Shown: positions 50,549-59,425, numbered from the stretch's first letter. The stretch: DNA of 64,000 nucleotides from Oscillospiraceae bacterium (GCA_034927185.1 JAYFQM010000032.1:15436-79435), one strand, 5' to 3'. The notes: generated by a model not told the origin, from the letters alone. Program-made: numbers and translations.

Positions 50549-52600
50549 TCAGTCGTTTCTGAGCGTGTTGACGTCCATAATCAGGCTGATGCTTCCGTCT
50601 CCGAGTACGCTGCAACCGGAAAGACCCTGGTTTTTCAGGTTGTATTTTTTTAGGAACACAGGGAAGGGCTTCACCACAACCTGATATTCGCCCAGAAGCT
50701 CATCGGCAAACAGACAGTATCCGGAGTTGTTGCTGTCCACCTGAATCATGATGCCGTCCATAATATTTTCGCAGCCGTTTTCGATATCGAACAGTCTCTT
50801 CAAGCGCGCTATTGGATAGCACTCCCCGCGAAGCAGTATCATTTCCGTTCCGTCGGTGTTGTGGATGATCTGAGATTCGTCCGCAACCTTGAACGACTGC
50901 CTGATTGCCGTAATGGGAAGCGTGAAAACGGTATCTCCCACGGCTATGTTCATGCCGTCTACGATTGCGAGCGTTAACGGGATCTTGATCGTGAAGGTAG
51001 TGCCTTTGCCCTTCTCACTGCTGATGGAGATGGTTCCGGCAACCTGATCTATGTTTTTCTTGACAACATCCATGCCTACGCCGCGCCCAGAGAACTCGGT
51101 AACGCTTGTGTTGGTGGAAAATCCGGGCAGCAGTATGAGGTTGAATATTTCTTTTTCCGAGTACGAGGCTTCGGGTTTTTGCAGCATTCCGTTCGCCTTG
51201 GCCTTGGCGAGAAGCTTTTCCGTATCGAGACCCGCCCCGTCGTCGGAAATTGTTATCAGTATTTCGCCGCCCGTGTTCTTCGCCGAAAGCACAATTGACC
51301 CTGTCTCCGGCTTGCCGAGAGAAATACGCTCTGCGGGCGTTTCAATAGCGTGATCCATAGAGTTGCGGATCATATGCATAAGAGGATCAACAATCGCGTC
51401 ATTTATTGTCTTGTCAACCTCGGTTTCTCCGCCTTCGGTGATGAGCTCTGCCTTTTTGCCGAGCTTTTTCCCCATATCGCGGACTATTCTGTCCATTTTA
51501 TGGAAAGTTCCCAGTAGCGGAACCATTCGGATAGACATAACGATATCCTGAAGCTCGTCCGTCAGCTTACGTAGCTCCCGGACAGATTTCGTAAAATTGT
51601 CAAGGCGAAGGCCGAGAATGTCCGGATTTCTGGCGACCATGGACTCAGCAGTTACGATTTCGCCTACAAGATCCATGAGATGATCGAGCTTTATCTGGTT
51701 GACGCTGATAAGGCTCTGCTTCACGCCGCCGGCAGATGCCTGCGCCTGGTTTTTGATCGTGTCTATCTTGGTTTCAAGAACCGCCTGAGAGGTATCGCCT
51801 TCTGCGGCTGAATATTCTTCAGCGCTTTCGTTAGGCTTGCTGGGTTCCTCGGTGAGCACTTCGTATGATTTTATGCTCAGTGCGCTTTCGATCACTTTCA
51901 GCACCATTTCAAGTGAATGGGATGGCTTGCAGATAATTTTCAAACCGTTCCGGATTATTTCCGCAGAAAGGGCGGCGTCGGATTCCGGATTGGCCGGTAC
52001 GGAGCTCAGTTCGTCGCAGTAGGGGCTGAGCTGGCCCAAAAGCATGAATGCCCGGACATTTTCCATCCCGCAGTCATTTTCGAAAAACACCAGAATCGAT
52101 ACAGAGCCTTCGCCGGATACAGAGCCTGACTCGTCGCGAGAATCGTTGGGCTCTGCAGCGCCGACCGCGGTCTCCGCGCTCTGCTTGCCCTTAATGATGG
52201 CGGCCTGCTCCTCAAGCTGAGCGACGATTTCCGAAGCGTCGCCCTCGACATACTCGCTGTCCTGGAGCTTCTCCAGCTCTCGTTTGAAGAAGTCCGATGC
52301 CTTAAAGACAAGGTCAAATATAGAGTTGAAAACAAGCTGCAGGCTGGACGGGTTTTCCCTCAGTATGAAAAACACATCTTCGACAGAATGAGCGAGTGTT
52401 GAAATCGTGTTGAAGCTCATCATCGCGGCGGAGCCTTTTATCGTGTGCGTTATACGGAATATGCTGTTTATGTTCTCTTCCGTTATGCTCTTGGCCCGTT
52501 CAGAGTCAAGGAGTATTTCGTCGAGCTGCTCAAGCATCTCATTCGTCTCGTGAATAAAAGCTTCAAGCAGAGACTCCATTACAAAATCATCGGTACTCAT
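50549..52600 (-). CDS. cheA: chemotaxis histidine kinase CheA
   Basis: Hpt HTIKGSAAMM, HATPase N box (HMIRNSMDHAIE), G boxes (DDGAGLD, GRGVGMDVV) and a C-terminal CheW-like domain. The ATG at 52600 follows AAGGTGA; the ORF-track start at 52672 is probably an extension. Confidence 0.95.
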   Translation of the reverse strand: MSTDDFVMESLLEAFIHETNEMLEQLDEILLDSERAKSITEENINSIFRITHTIKGSAAMMSFNTISTLAHSVEDVFFILRENPSSLQLVFNSIFDLVFKASDFFKRELEKLQDSEYVEGDASEIVAQLEEQAAIIKGKQSAETAVGAAEPNDSRDESGSVSGEGSVSILVFFENDCGMENVRAFMLLGQLSPYCDELSSVPANPESDAALSAEIIRNGLKIICKPSHSLEMVLKVIESALSIKSYEVLTEEPSKPNESAEEYSAAEGDTSQAVLETKIDTIKNQAQASAGGVKQSLISVNQIKLDHLMDLVGEIVTAESMVARNPDILGLRLDNFTKSVRELRKLTDELQDIVMSIRMVPLLGTFHKMDRIVRDMGKKLGKKAELITEGGETEVDKTINDAIVDPLMHMIRNSMDHAIETPAERISLGKPETGSIVLSAKNTGGEILITISDDGAGLDTEKLLAKAKANGMLQKPEASYSEKEIFNLILLPGFSTNTSVTEFSGRGVGMDVVKKNIDQVAGTISISSEKGKGTTFTIKIPLTLAIVDGMNIAVGDTVFTLPITAIRQSFKVADESQIIHNTDGTEMILLRGECYPIARLKRLFDIENGCENIMDGIMIQVDSNNSGYCLFADELLGEYQVVVKPFPVFLKKYNLKNQGLSGCSVLGDGSISLIMDVNTLRND

Positions 52601-52858
52601 AAAATCACCTTTCCATAGTAGCTGTCGCCTGGTATAGTTAGATTTATAATATTTATTCCATAATTCGGCCAAAAGGAAAGAGGAATTATTAATTATCCTC
52701 TTTTAAAATTGACAAAAATGTGCAGACAAAAGTAAAAAGTGTTATTTGTTTAATTCAAAGCATTGTATTTTCCTCAAATCGGTAGATAAATATAAATGTG
52801 GAATAGTATTTAAAAACAACTGAAAACTAGGTAGATTCCGGGAAAGGGGGAAAGCAGG

Positions 52859-54280
52859 TTGCCGGATTTTTTGAAGGTCACGAAACCGTTGGTAACGCAA
52901 AACCAGAACATCCAGCCAAAGCCTGGTGTCGAAACAAACGGATCGTTTAACATTCAAAGCTCGACGAAAGTCGTTCAGACCCATAACCAAAGCGAATTGC
53001 TCAAGCAGAATAACGGGCTGAAGGACGGTAGCGACGTACCAACTCTCCTGCTGAGCCTCCTCAAGGACCCCACAGTTACCGTATCATATTTAAAAAACAT
53101 CTTCATGCTTGAAGAATTATATAAGCTTCTTCCCGCTAACAACAGGACGGTTACGAAAGATATAGAGGACGTTCTTGAAGCGTTGCTCATAAAACCCGAG
53201 CAGTTGACGGAAGAGATGCGCAGACAGCTGCGCGGCTCAACCGCTTTTTCTGGCGAGCTCTTTGATTTCCTTAGAGAAATAAGCTCGCAGAATAAAGAAA
53301 AGCCCGATGTTCAGGTCGCGATAGCCAGGCTGCTGCGTTCGATTAACAGCATGGGGAACCAGCGTGAAATTCTTGATTCGATAGCTAATAATCTTACATA
53401 CTTGCAGCAGCAGCTGTCCGCCGGCAAAGCTCTATCGGCAAAGCTGAACAATTTGATCGAAGGATTTCTAGCGCAGGATGCGGCGCAGAATTTTTCAGCT
53501 CTTAAATCGGACGCACTCGCCTTGATAAAGAATATTGAGGGCAGTATACTGTTCTCCGCTTCTCTTTCAAAAACAGTATCAATCCTCATATACAATCTTT
53601 CGCGATACAGCGCAAACACCGATTATGCCGCCGAATCGGCATACCGTCTGTCTCAATATCTTACATCGCCCCAGCGTTCGGAGCTCAAAGCGCTGATGCA
53701 GGCTTATATAGATGCGAAAGCCGGGGATGACGGTCCTGCAAAAGCCGGTGCTTCGAATGAGAACGAGTCCCGTGTGATGTCATCGATAATAAGACTCATT
53801 TCTCAGCAGAGGGAAACAGGGACGAACCCTGCCGATATGTTGAAACTGGAAAAAATGCTCTACAGCCTGCTATCATCGCCCTGCAACTTTACTCCCCTGC
53901 TTCATTTCATTCTTCCGCTGCAGTATAATGAAATGAAAGCGTTCGCAGAGCTGTGGATTAATCCGGAAAGCGATGAGAAAGACATGCCGGACAGTGCTTC
54001 CGGCGGAATACATCTTCTCATGGTCATAGATGTCGACGGCGTCGGGCGCTTTGAGGCTGAGTTTTCCGTATACGACTCGACGATCGACTTTTCCCTCTAT
54101 TGCCCGAAAGGCTGCGAACAGGGCTATGAGGAACTCATGAAATCGTTCCCGAAGCTGCTGCACGGAACGCCTTACCATTCCGGCAAGACAGAGGTGTTGA
54201 CCTTTGAAAGCACACGTTCGCTTATGGATGTTTTTAAATCCTTGCCCTACAGGAGGGTCGGAGTAGATGTCAAAATTTGA
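52859..54280 (+). CDS. hypothetical protein, possibly FliK-like hook-length control domain protein (YlqG-like position)
   Basis: 473 aa, Gln/Ser/Leu-rich. The C-terminal block IHLLMVIDVDGVGRFEAEFSVYDSTIDFSLY resembles the Flg_hook fold pattern. Overlaps the downstream FlhB-C-like gene by 14 nt. TTG start after AAGGGGGAAAG. Confidence 0.4.
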   Translation: MPDFLKVTKPLVTQNQNIQPKPGVETNGSFNIQSSTKVVQTHNQSELLKQNNGLKDGSDVPTLLLSLLKDPTVTVSYLKNIFMLEELYKLLPANNRTVTKDIEDVLEALLIKPEQLTEEMRRQLRGSTAFSGELFDFLREISSQNKEKPDVQVAIARLLRSINSMGNQREILDSIANNLTYLQQQLSAGKALSAKLNNLIEGFLAQDAAQNFSALKSDALALIKNIEGSILFSASLSKTVSILIYNLSRYSANTDYAAESAYRLSQYLTSPQRSELKALMQAYIDAKAGDDGPAKAGASNENESRVMSSIIRLISQQRETGTNPADMLKLEKMLYSLLSSPCNFTPLLHFILPLQYNEMKAFAELWINPESDEKDMPDSASGGIHLLMVIDVDGVGRFEAEFSVYDSTIDFSLYCPKGCEQGYEELMKSFPKLLHGTPYHSGKTEVLTFESTRSLMDVFKSLPYRRVGVDVKI

Positions 54281-54554
54281 TAAGAAGGCAGTCGCGCTGA
54301 AATATGACATGGATAACGATTTCGCGCCGATTGTTGTCGCCTCGGGCTACGGCTCGATTGCGGAGAAAATAATCGATATAGCGGAAAAACAGGGTATACC
54401 GGTTTACAGAGACGACAGTGTATCCTCGATGCTGTGTATGCTGGACGTAGGGAAAAGTATCCCGCCTGAGCTTTACGGAATAATCGCGAAGATATATTGC
54501 AGTATTCTTATGACCGCGGAAAAATATAAGGGCATAAATACCGACGGTAATTAG
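54267..54554 (+). CDS. FlhB C-terminal-domain-only protein (EscU/YscU/HrcU family; YlqH-like)
   Basis: KAVALKYDMDNDFAPIVVASGYGSIAEKIIDIAEKQGIPVYRDDSV matches the post-cleavage FlhB/EscU C-terminal domain. 95 aa with no TM region. Confidence 0.8.
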   Translation: MSKFDKKAVALKYDMDNDFAPIVVASGYGSIAEKIIDIAEKQGIPVYRDDSVSSMLCMLDVGKSIPPELYGIIAKIYCSILMTAEKYKGINTDGN

Positions 54555-54585
54555 TTTCCTTAAGAAAACACTTTGCAAGGGGGGG

Positions 54586-55377
54586 ATGAGGGTGAACGAT
54601 CATCTGCAAAAACTCAGGGAACGTGAAATTGAGACAAAGAAGCAAAAGCAGAAGAATATCCGAATGGGCCGTTTGCTGCTCGCCGCCACTCTGCTCGGCC
54701 TTTCAATATTCAGTATTCTGACGATAACCTCTACCATCGAACCCAAAAACTCCGCGCAGGCGAAGGAACACGTTGCGGATGCCACCGCGGGTGACACCGA
54801 GGATGTGGATAAGGATTCATGGGAGCTTGTACTCGTCAACACCAGGAATATGATTCCGGAGGATTTCACTGTGGACCTCAAGCCGTTTGAAAGCACGAGG
54901 GTTGATTACAGGATCGCAGGACATCTGCAGGAAATGATTGACGCGGCGAAGAAGGACGGAATAAGTATAAGCGTTTGTTCAGGGTTCAGAACCGTGTCTG
55001 AACAGGATGCGCTTTATAACGCAAAGTGTGAAAAATATGAAGCGGGCGGCTATAGCGAAGAAGCCAGCAGGATTCTGGCGGGTCAATACATACAGCCTGG
55101 AGGCGCGAGCGAACACCATACCGGACTTGCCGTCGACCTTCTGACCGACGAGACTTCGGAGCTGACTGAGAGCTTTGCGGAAACGCCGGCCTATACATGG
55201 CTGAAGGACAATGCCGCGAAATATGGTTTTATTGAGCGGTATCCTTCGGATAAAAGCGAAATTACAGGGATTTCTTGGGAACCGTGGCATTACCGTTATG
55301 TCGGAAAAAGCAACGCGGAGACCATTACAGAGGACGGGCTCTGTCTTGAGGAATACCTGCTTAGGGAGGATGGCTGA
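54586..55377 (+). CDS. D-alanyl-D-alanine carboxypeptidase family (VanY/M15B) protein
   Basis: N-terminal TM anchor. SGFRTVSEQDALY, SEHHTGLAVDL and WHYRYVG zinc-peptidase motifs. Confidence 0.85.
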   Translation: MRVNDHLQKLREREIETKKQKQKNIRMGRLLLAATLLGLSIFSILTITSTIEPKNSAQAKEHVADATAGDTEDVDKDSWELVLVNTRNMIPEDFTVDLKPFESTRVDYRIAGHLQEMIDAAKKDGISISVCSGFRTVSEQDALYNAKCEKYEAGGYSEEASRILAGQYIQPGGASEHHTGLAVDLLTDETSELTESFAETPAYTWLKDNAAKYGFIERYPSDKSEITGISWEPWHYRYVGKSNAETITEDGLCLEEYLLREDG

Positions 55378-55462
55378 GGCTGAGCAAAAGCCACCTGTCC
55401 GTTGTTAGTGGATACTTTTTAGTAAATACATGTTTTATTTATATAACTAAGGGAGATTTAGC

Positions 55463-56695
55463 ATGGAAACCCATATAGTAAGGCAACCCATTCTTGACCG
55501 CAAGCAAAAGCTCATAGCGTATGAACTTGTGTATTATCAGGATGCCAGCACTCTGTACAACAAGCGGGATACACATGCCGCCAACATAATTGTCACTTTT
55601 TTTGCTGGGGTTGACGCCGGCGGCTTTTTTGAAGGAAAAGATTGTTTTCTGACCTTCACGCCGAATCTTCTGATGAAAAACGTCCCTCAGATTTTCGATG
55701 TGAAAAGGCTTGTGATTCAGATCGAAGAGAACATTCTCATTAATCCGGACGCAAAAGCAATACTCAGCAGATACAAAAGAGACGGTTACCGTATCGCGGT
55801 TCTTGGATTCGACTTTAACAAGCGCTATTTGGATCTTCTCCCGGATATTGATATTATCAAGGTGGATTTTTCCGACCCCCAAAAAGAAAATATCGGGGTT
55901 TTATGCAAGCTGGCCAGGAACTTCGGAAAAAAACTCGCTGCTTACGGGATCAATTCTTCCGAATCAAAGGAGCTTGCACTGTCATACGGCTGTGATTTTC
56001 TTCAGGGTGAAAGCGTTTCCGAAATGGTTACCACCAAGGTCCATAAAATGAACTATCTCCAGTCGAACTTCTTCAGGCTTATGGGGGCGATAACAAAAGA
56101 AGCTCCGGAGTTCGATGAAATTGCGAAAATAATTTCCATGGACGTTTCCCTGTCGTTCTCTCTGCTGAAAATGGTCAACTCCGCTTATTTTGCGCTGTCC
56201 AATAAAATCAGCAGCGTAAAGCAGGCATTGACGATTCTCGGATTGGGACAGCTCAAGCAGTGGATCTACCTGCTTAGCTTTTCGGATGACGGCGGAATAA
56301 CCGATCAGCTTATAAAGCAGTCGTTTCTCCGTGCTGTTTTTTGCCAGGAGATATCCCAGTATATCGACGGCTTCCCCATTTCAAAATCGGAATCTTATTT
56401 GCTTGGAATGTTCTCAACACTCGGCATTCTGCTCGAGGTTCCGATTGCGGATGCGGTCGAAGAGCTCCCTCTTTCAGACGAACTGAAAGGCGGTCTTATC
56501 GGCAGGGAAGGAGTGTGCGATGACCTGCTTAGGCTCTGTACCTTATATGAAAAAGGGAGATGGGGTAAAGTGGCATCAATAATAGAAAAACTGAGGCTGC
56601 CGGAAGATGTTGTTAAAGTAAAATACCTGGAAGCCATCGAATATGTAAACAATATCTGGTCGGAGCTGTCAATCCCGTCTGCCGGCAGAGAATGA
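55463..56695 (+). CDS. EAL-like - HDOD protein (PdeH/YuxH-sized, 410 aa; catalytic residues partly lost)
   Basis: IVRQPILDRKQKLIAYELVYY, LTFT (Asn lost), IQIEEN, AVLGFDF (DD lost), IKVD, AAYGINS (ExxE lost), LQGES. HDOD: DVSLSFSLLKMVNSAYFALSNKISSVKQALTILGLGQLKQW. Confidence 0.85.
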   Translation: METHIVRQPILDRKQKLIAYELVYYQDASTLYNKRDTHAANIIVTFFAGVDAGGFFEGKDCFLTFTPNLLMKNVPQIFDVKRLVIQIEENILINPDAKAILSRYKRDGYRIAVLGFDFNKRYLDLLPDIDIIKVDFSDPQKENIGVLCKLARNFGKKLAAYGINSSESKELALSYGCDFLQGESVSEMVTTKVHKMNYLQSNFFRLMGAITKEAPEFDEIAKIISMDVSLSFSLLKMVNSAYFALSNKISSVKQALTILGLGQLKQWIYLLSFSDDGGITDQLIKQSFLRAVFCQEISQYIDGFPISKSESYLLGMFSTLGILLEVPIADAVEELPLSDELKGGLIGREGVCDDLLRLCTLYEKGRWGKVASIIEKLRLPEDVVKVKYLEAIEYVNNIWSELSIPSAGRE

Positions 56696-56747
56696 ATTTA
56701 TAGGCACAGTTTTTGAACTGTAGAATTGCGCTTGGCGGTGAGAGTAT

Positions 56748-57440
56748 TTGAAAATGGATCTTAATAGTGTTCTTGACTGTATGTGTGAAATCAAGACGAT
56801 GGACAACGAGTTTCTAGCCATTGGCAGAATCAGTGCCGTCATGAACGACGAAAAATCAATCGAAATTGTCTCCTGCGACGGAGGCAGTCTTCCGAGTATG
56901 CGGTATGAGACAAAAGTTAAAATCAGCATAGTCGGCAGCAAAAGCGGATTTCTGGGTCTGGAAGGCTATGTTTATATTGCGCATAGCAGCTTCTGGAGAT
57001 TATATGATGTAAGCAGTCTTGGCGAAAACGAGAGACGCGGTTACTTCAGGATTAAGAACAGCTCACACGCGGAGGTTGAAGAGATTGCAGAGCAGGGACA
57101 GATAAAAAACGACGCAAAGGAAGCGGCGGACAGCGCGAATGTGAAGTATCCCTGTATAGTAACAAGCGTGAGTATTTCGGGATTGCTTCTTGCGATTGAT
57201 GATGAAAGCTGCGATTACCGCATTGGCGCCACGCTTCAGGTTAACTCTTTTACCATAGGAGAAAGCAGCCAGGAATTCACCTTAAGATGCGTTGTAAAAA
57301 GAATTGACCATCACGAAAGGCTCGGATTACTTTTAGGATGCGAGTTTACCGGCCTTAGCGACAGAGAAATACAAAGTCTCTGTCAGGCAATTTTTACACA
57401 GCAGCGGCTTGAAATACATAGAAAAAAAGGGCTTCATTAG
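56748..57440 (+). CDS. PilZ domain protein (YcgR/MotI-DgrA-like architecture)
   Basis: RRGYFR (RxxxR) followed about 40 aa later by SVSISGLLL, which is (D/N)xSxxG with Ser in the first position. About 100-aa N-terminal beta-rich domain. The ATG at 56754 is an alternative start. Confidence 0.75.
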   Translation: MKMDLNSVLDCMCEIKTMDNEFLAIGRISAVMNDEKSIEIVSCDGGSLPSMRYETKVKISIVGSKSGFLGLEGYVYIAHSSFWRLYDVSSLGENERRGYFRIKNSSHAEVEEIAEQGQIKNDAKEAADSANVKYPCIVTSVSISGLLLAIDDESCDYRIGATLQVNSFTIGESSQEFTLRCVVKRIDHHERLGLLLGCEFTGLSDREIQSLCQAIFTQQRLEIHRKKGLH

Positions 57441-57460
57441 CCAACGGTGACAGTCACATC

Positions 57461-57496
57461 AAAAAACTGCTTAGTTCACTTGCTAAGCAGTTTTTC
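57461..57496. terminator. bidirectional intrinsic terminator
   Basis: AAAAAACTGCTTAG-TTCACTTG-CTAAGCAGTTTTTC. Lies between convergent genes. Confidence 0.75.
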
Positions 57497-57511
57497 GGCA
57501 GTAAAATCCAA

Positions 57512-57964
57512 TTAATGGTGCGGGTGCGAACGGATTTGTATCGCAGCCTTGATAAGCGCATCCATTATGGTTTTATTCGAAATCTCCATTTCGACCTGTT
57601 CGATTTTTGACGATTGTACGACCGCATAGCGCGGAGGAAGAATATTAAGGGCATAAGCGCAAATATCACATCGACAACGGTCGCAACTGCATACATTGAA
57701 CCTCTGGATGACCGCGTCGACGTTCTTCAAAACAAGGCTCTCCATAACATTTATCGTTGAAATCGTTTCTGGTTCATTATAGCTTGGACTACGGGCGAAA
57801 ATTTTATCCCGTAAGGCAGAGAGTGAATCAGAGCTTGCTTCGTCCTCGGCTTCCTCAACCGCTTTGTCCGAAACAAGGTCGGAGCTGAAAGGATTGCTGT
57901 TCAGAGCGGGCATGATTTTCGAAAACATCAAATCCTTATCAAGCTCTTTTTTTGATTTTGCCAT
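57512..57964 (-). CDS. ComFB-domain protein with ~70-aa N-terminal extension
   Basis: The C-terminal part NVMESLVLKNVDAVIQRFNVCSCDRCRCDICAYALNILPPRY matches the ComFB (late competence development protein) Cys-cluster pattern. The N-terminus MAKSKKELDKD...EEAEDEASSDS looks disordered. Starts 3 nt after the ParA-like stop. Confidence 0.7.
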   Translation of the reverse strand: MAKSKKELDKDLMFSKIMPALNSNPFSSDLVSDKAVEEAEDEASSDSLSALRDKIFARSPSYNEPETISTINVMESLVLKNVDAVIQRFNVCSCDRCRCDICAYALNILPPRYAVVQSSKIEQVEMEISNKTIMDALIKAAIQIRSHPHH

Positions 57965-57967
57965 TTT

Positions 57968-58735
57968 CTAAATTAAACCCCTTTCAAAGAGCTCTTTGAC
58001 CAAAGCCATATAGTCCTTAACGGCGTTATTATTCGGAGCGTAATCTATTATATCCTCCTGCAGAGTTGTCATGGCCTTACTGATGACATTGCTGTGTCTG
58101 ATAACTGTGTCCAGCAGCGGTATGTTCAGGTGGGTTGCCAGCATCTGAGCGGTTTCCTTTGTAGTGCGGCTGAGTGCCTCGCGCGGGTAGTAGCGCAGCA
58201 AAAACATTCCGGCTATGGTAAGGTCGGGATTAAAAGCCCTTTTAATGCGGAATATTGTTTCATGTACCTGAATAATTCCATGCAGGCTGTACCCGTCCGA
58301 CAGGCCGGGAATAAGAACGATATCCGAGGCTATTATAACATTTGAGGAGAGAAGACCCAACTCCGGAGGGGAATCTATCAGAATATAGTCATACATCGGA
58401 AGAACCGTTTTGAGGCTTTCCTTCAGCATATGCTCGCTTCCTGGCCCTGTGAACTCGCGTTCAACATTGCCAAGCAGCGCGTCGGCGGGAATGATGTCGA
58501 CAACATTTGAATTCTGTATCGCATAGCGCGTTTTAACTTTGTGCTTGAGAACGTCGTATATTGTTGGGTGCTCTCTCGTGTCGGCGTTCATACTAAACGA
58601 AAGATAGCCCTGAGGGTCGAAGTCAACACAAAGAACACTGTAGCCCAAATGTTTCAGACAGGCGGCAATAGCGTTTGTTGACGCGGTTTTTCCTACACCG
58701 CCCTTTTGATTGATTAAAGAAATTACCTTTGCCAT
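57968..58735 (-). CDS. ParA/MinD/Soj-family deviant Walker-A ATPase (orphan)
   Basis: MAKVISLINQKGGVGKTAST deviant Walker A with the signature Lys. VDFDPQG, and LIDSPP Walker B-like. About 255 aa. No ParB or parS is visible nearby. Confidence 0.88.
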   Translation of the reverse strand: MAKVISLINQKGGVGKTASTNAIAACLKHLGYSVLCVDFDPQGYLSFSMNADTREHPTIYDVLKHKVKTRYAIQNSNVVDIIPADALLGNVEREFTGPGSEHMLKESLKTVLPMYDYILIDSPPELGLLSSNVIIASDIVLIPGLSDGYSLHGIIQVHETIFRIKRAFNPDLTIAGMFLLRYYPREALSRTTKETAQMLATHLNIPLLDTVIRHSNVISKAMTTLQEDIIDYAPNNNAVKDYMALVKELFERGLI

Positions 58736-59087
58736 TGCTATCATCACTCCTCGTTTTTTGATATTATCATAATTTATTCTATAATAAAATAGCCTATTGC
58801 ATTTTTTGAGCGGAATGACACGGTAAATTTCGTTTTTTCCTATTGACTTCCGCTATCCGGCGGCAGTCGTAAAAAGCCGGGCATCAGGTGCCGGCGGGTT
58901 ATACTTAACAAAATATTAAAAATATACAAAAATCATAGCATGTTATGGTTATCTGCTTTAATTTTTCCATTTTAGATGTATAAATAGATTGAGGCAGGAA
59001 TATTAAAGCCTGATTTTTGAAGAAATGCTGTTTTAAGGACACGTGAATATTTTGAGTATTCATTAATAATATTGGAGGCGCTGATAC

Positions 59088-59408
59088 ATGGAAATAAAAC
59101 CCATTCAAAACTATATTATGACGCAGGCTTCGGCAAATTCGACGAACACCAAGAAGCCGGCAGAAGAAGCCGGCGAGGCGGCCGCCGATACCCGAGGAAC
59201 CGATAAGATCGACATAAGCTCAGAGGCCAGCTTTAAAGCCGATTTGGGCAAATATGCAAAAATCTATTCCGCGAAGGGGACCGAGAAAGCGTCCGCAGAG
59301 CGTATCACAGCGCTCAAGCAGCAGTATCAAGGAGATACCTGCCCGATTTCCGGGAGCGATATTGCAGCGAAGATAATATCGGGAATACTTGGACCCGCAG
59401 TCAAATAA
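59088..59408 (+). CDS. flgM: anti-sigma-28 factor FlgM
   Basis: 106 aa. DKIDISSEA and C-terminal ERITALKQQYQGDTCPISGSDIAAKII follow the FlgM pattern. Sits directly upstream of flgN-flgK. GGAGG RBS. Confidence 0.75.
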   Translation: MEIKPIQNYIMTQASANSTNTKKPAEEAGEAAADTRGTDKIDISSEASFKADLGKYAKIYSAKGTEKASAERITALKQQYQGDTCPISGSDIAAKIISGILGPAVK

Positions 59409-59425
59409 TAACCGGAGATTATATT

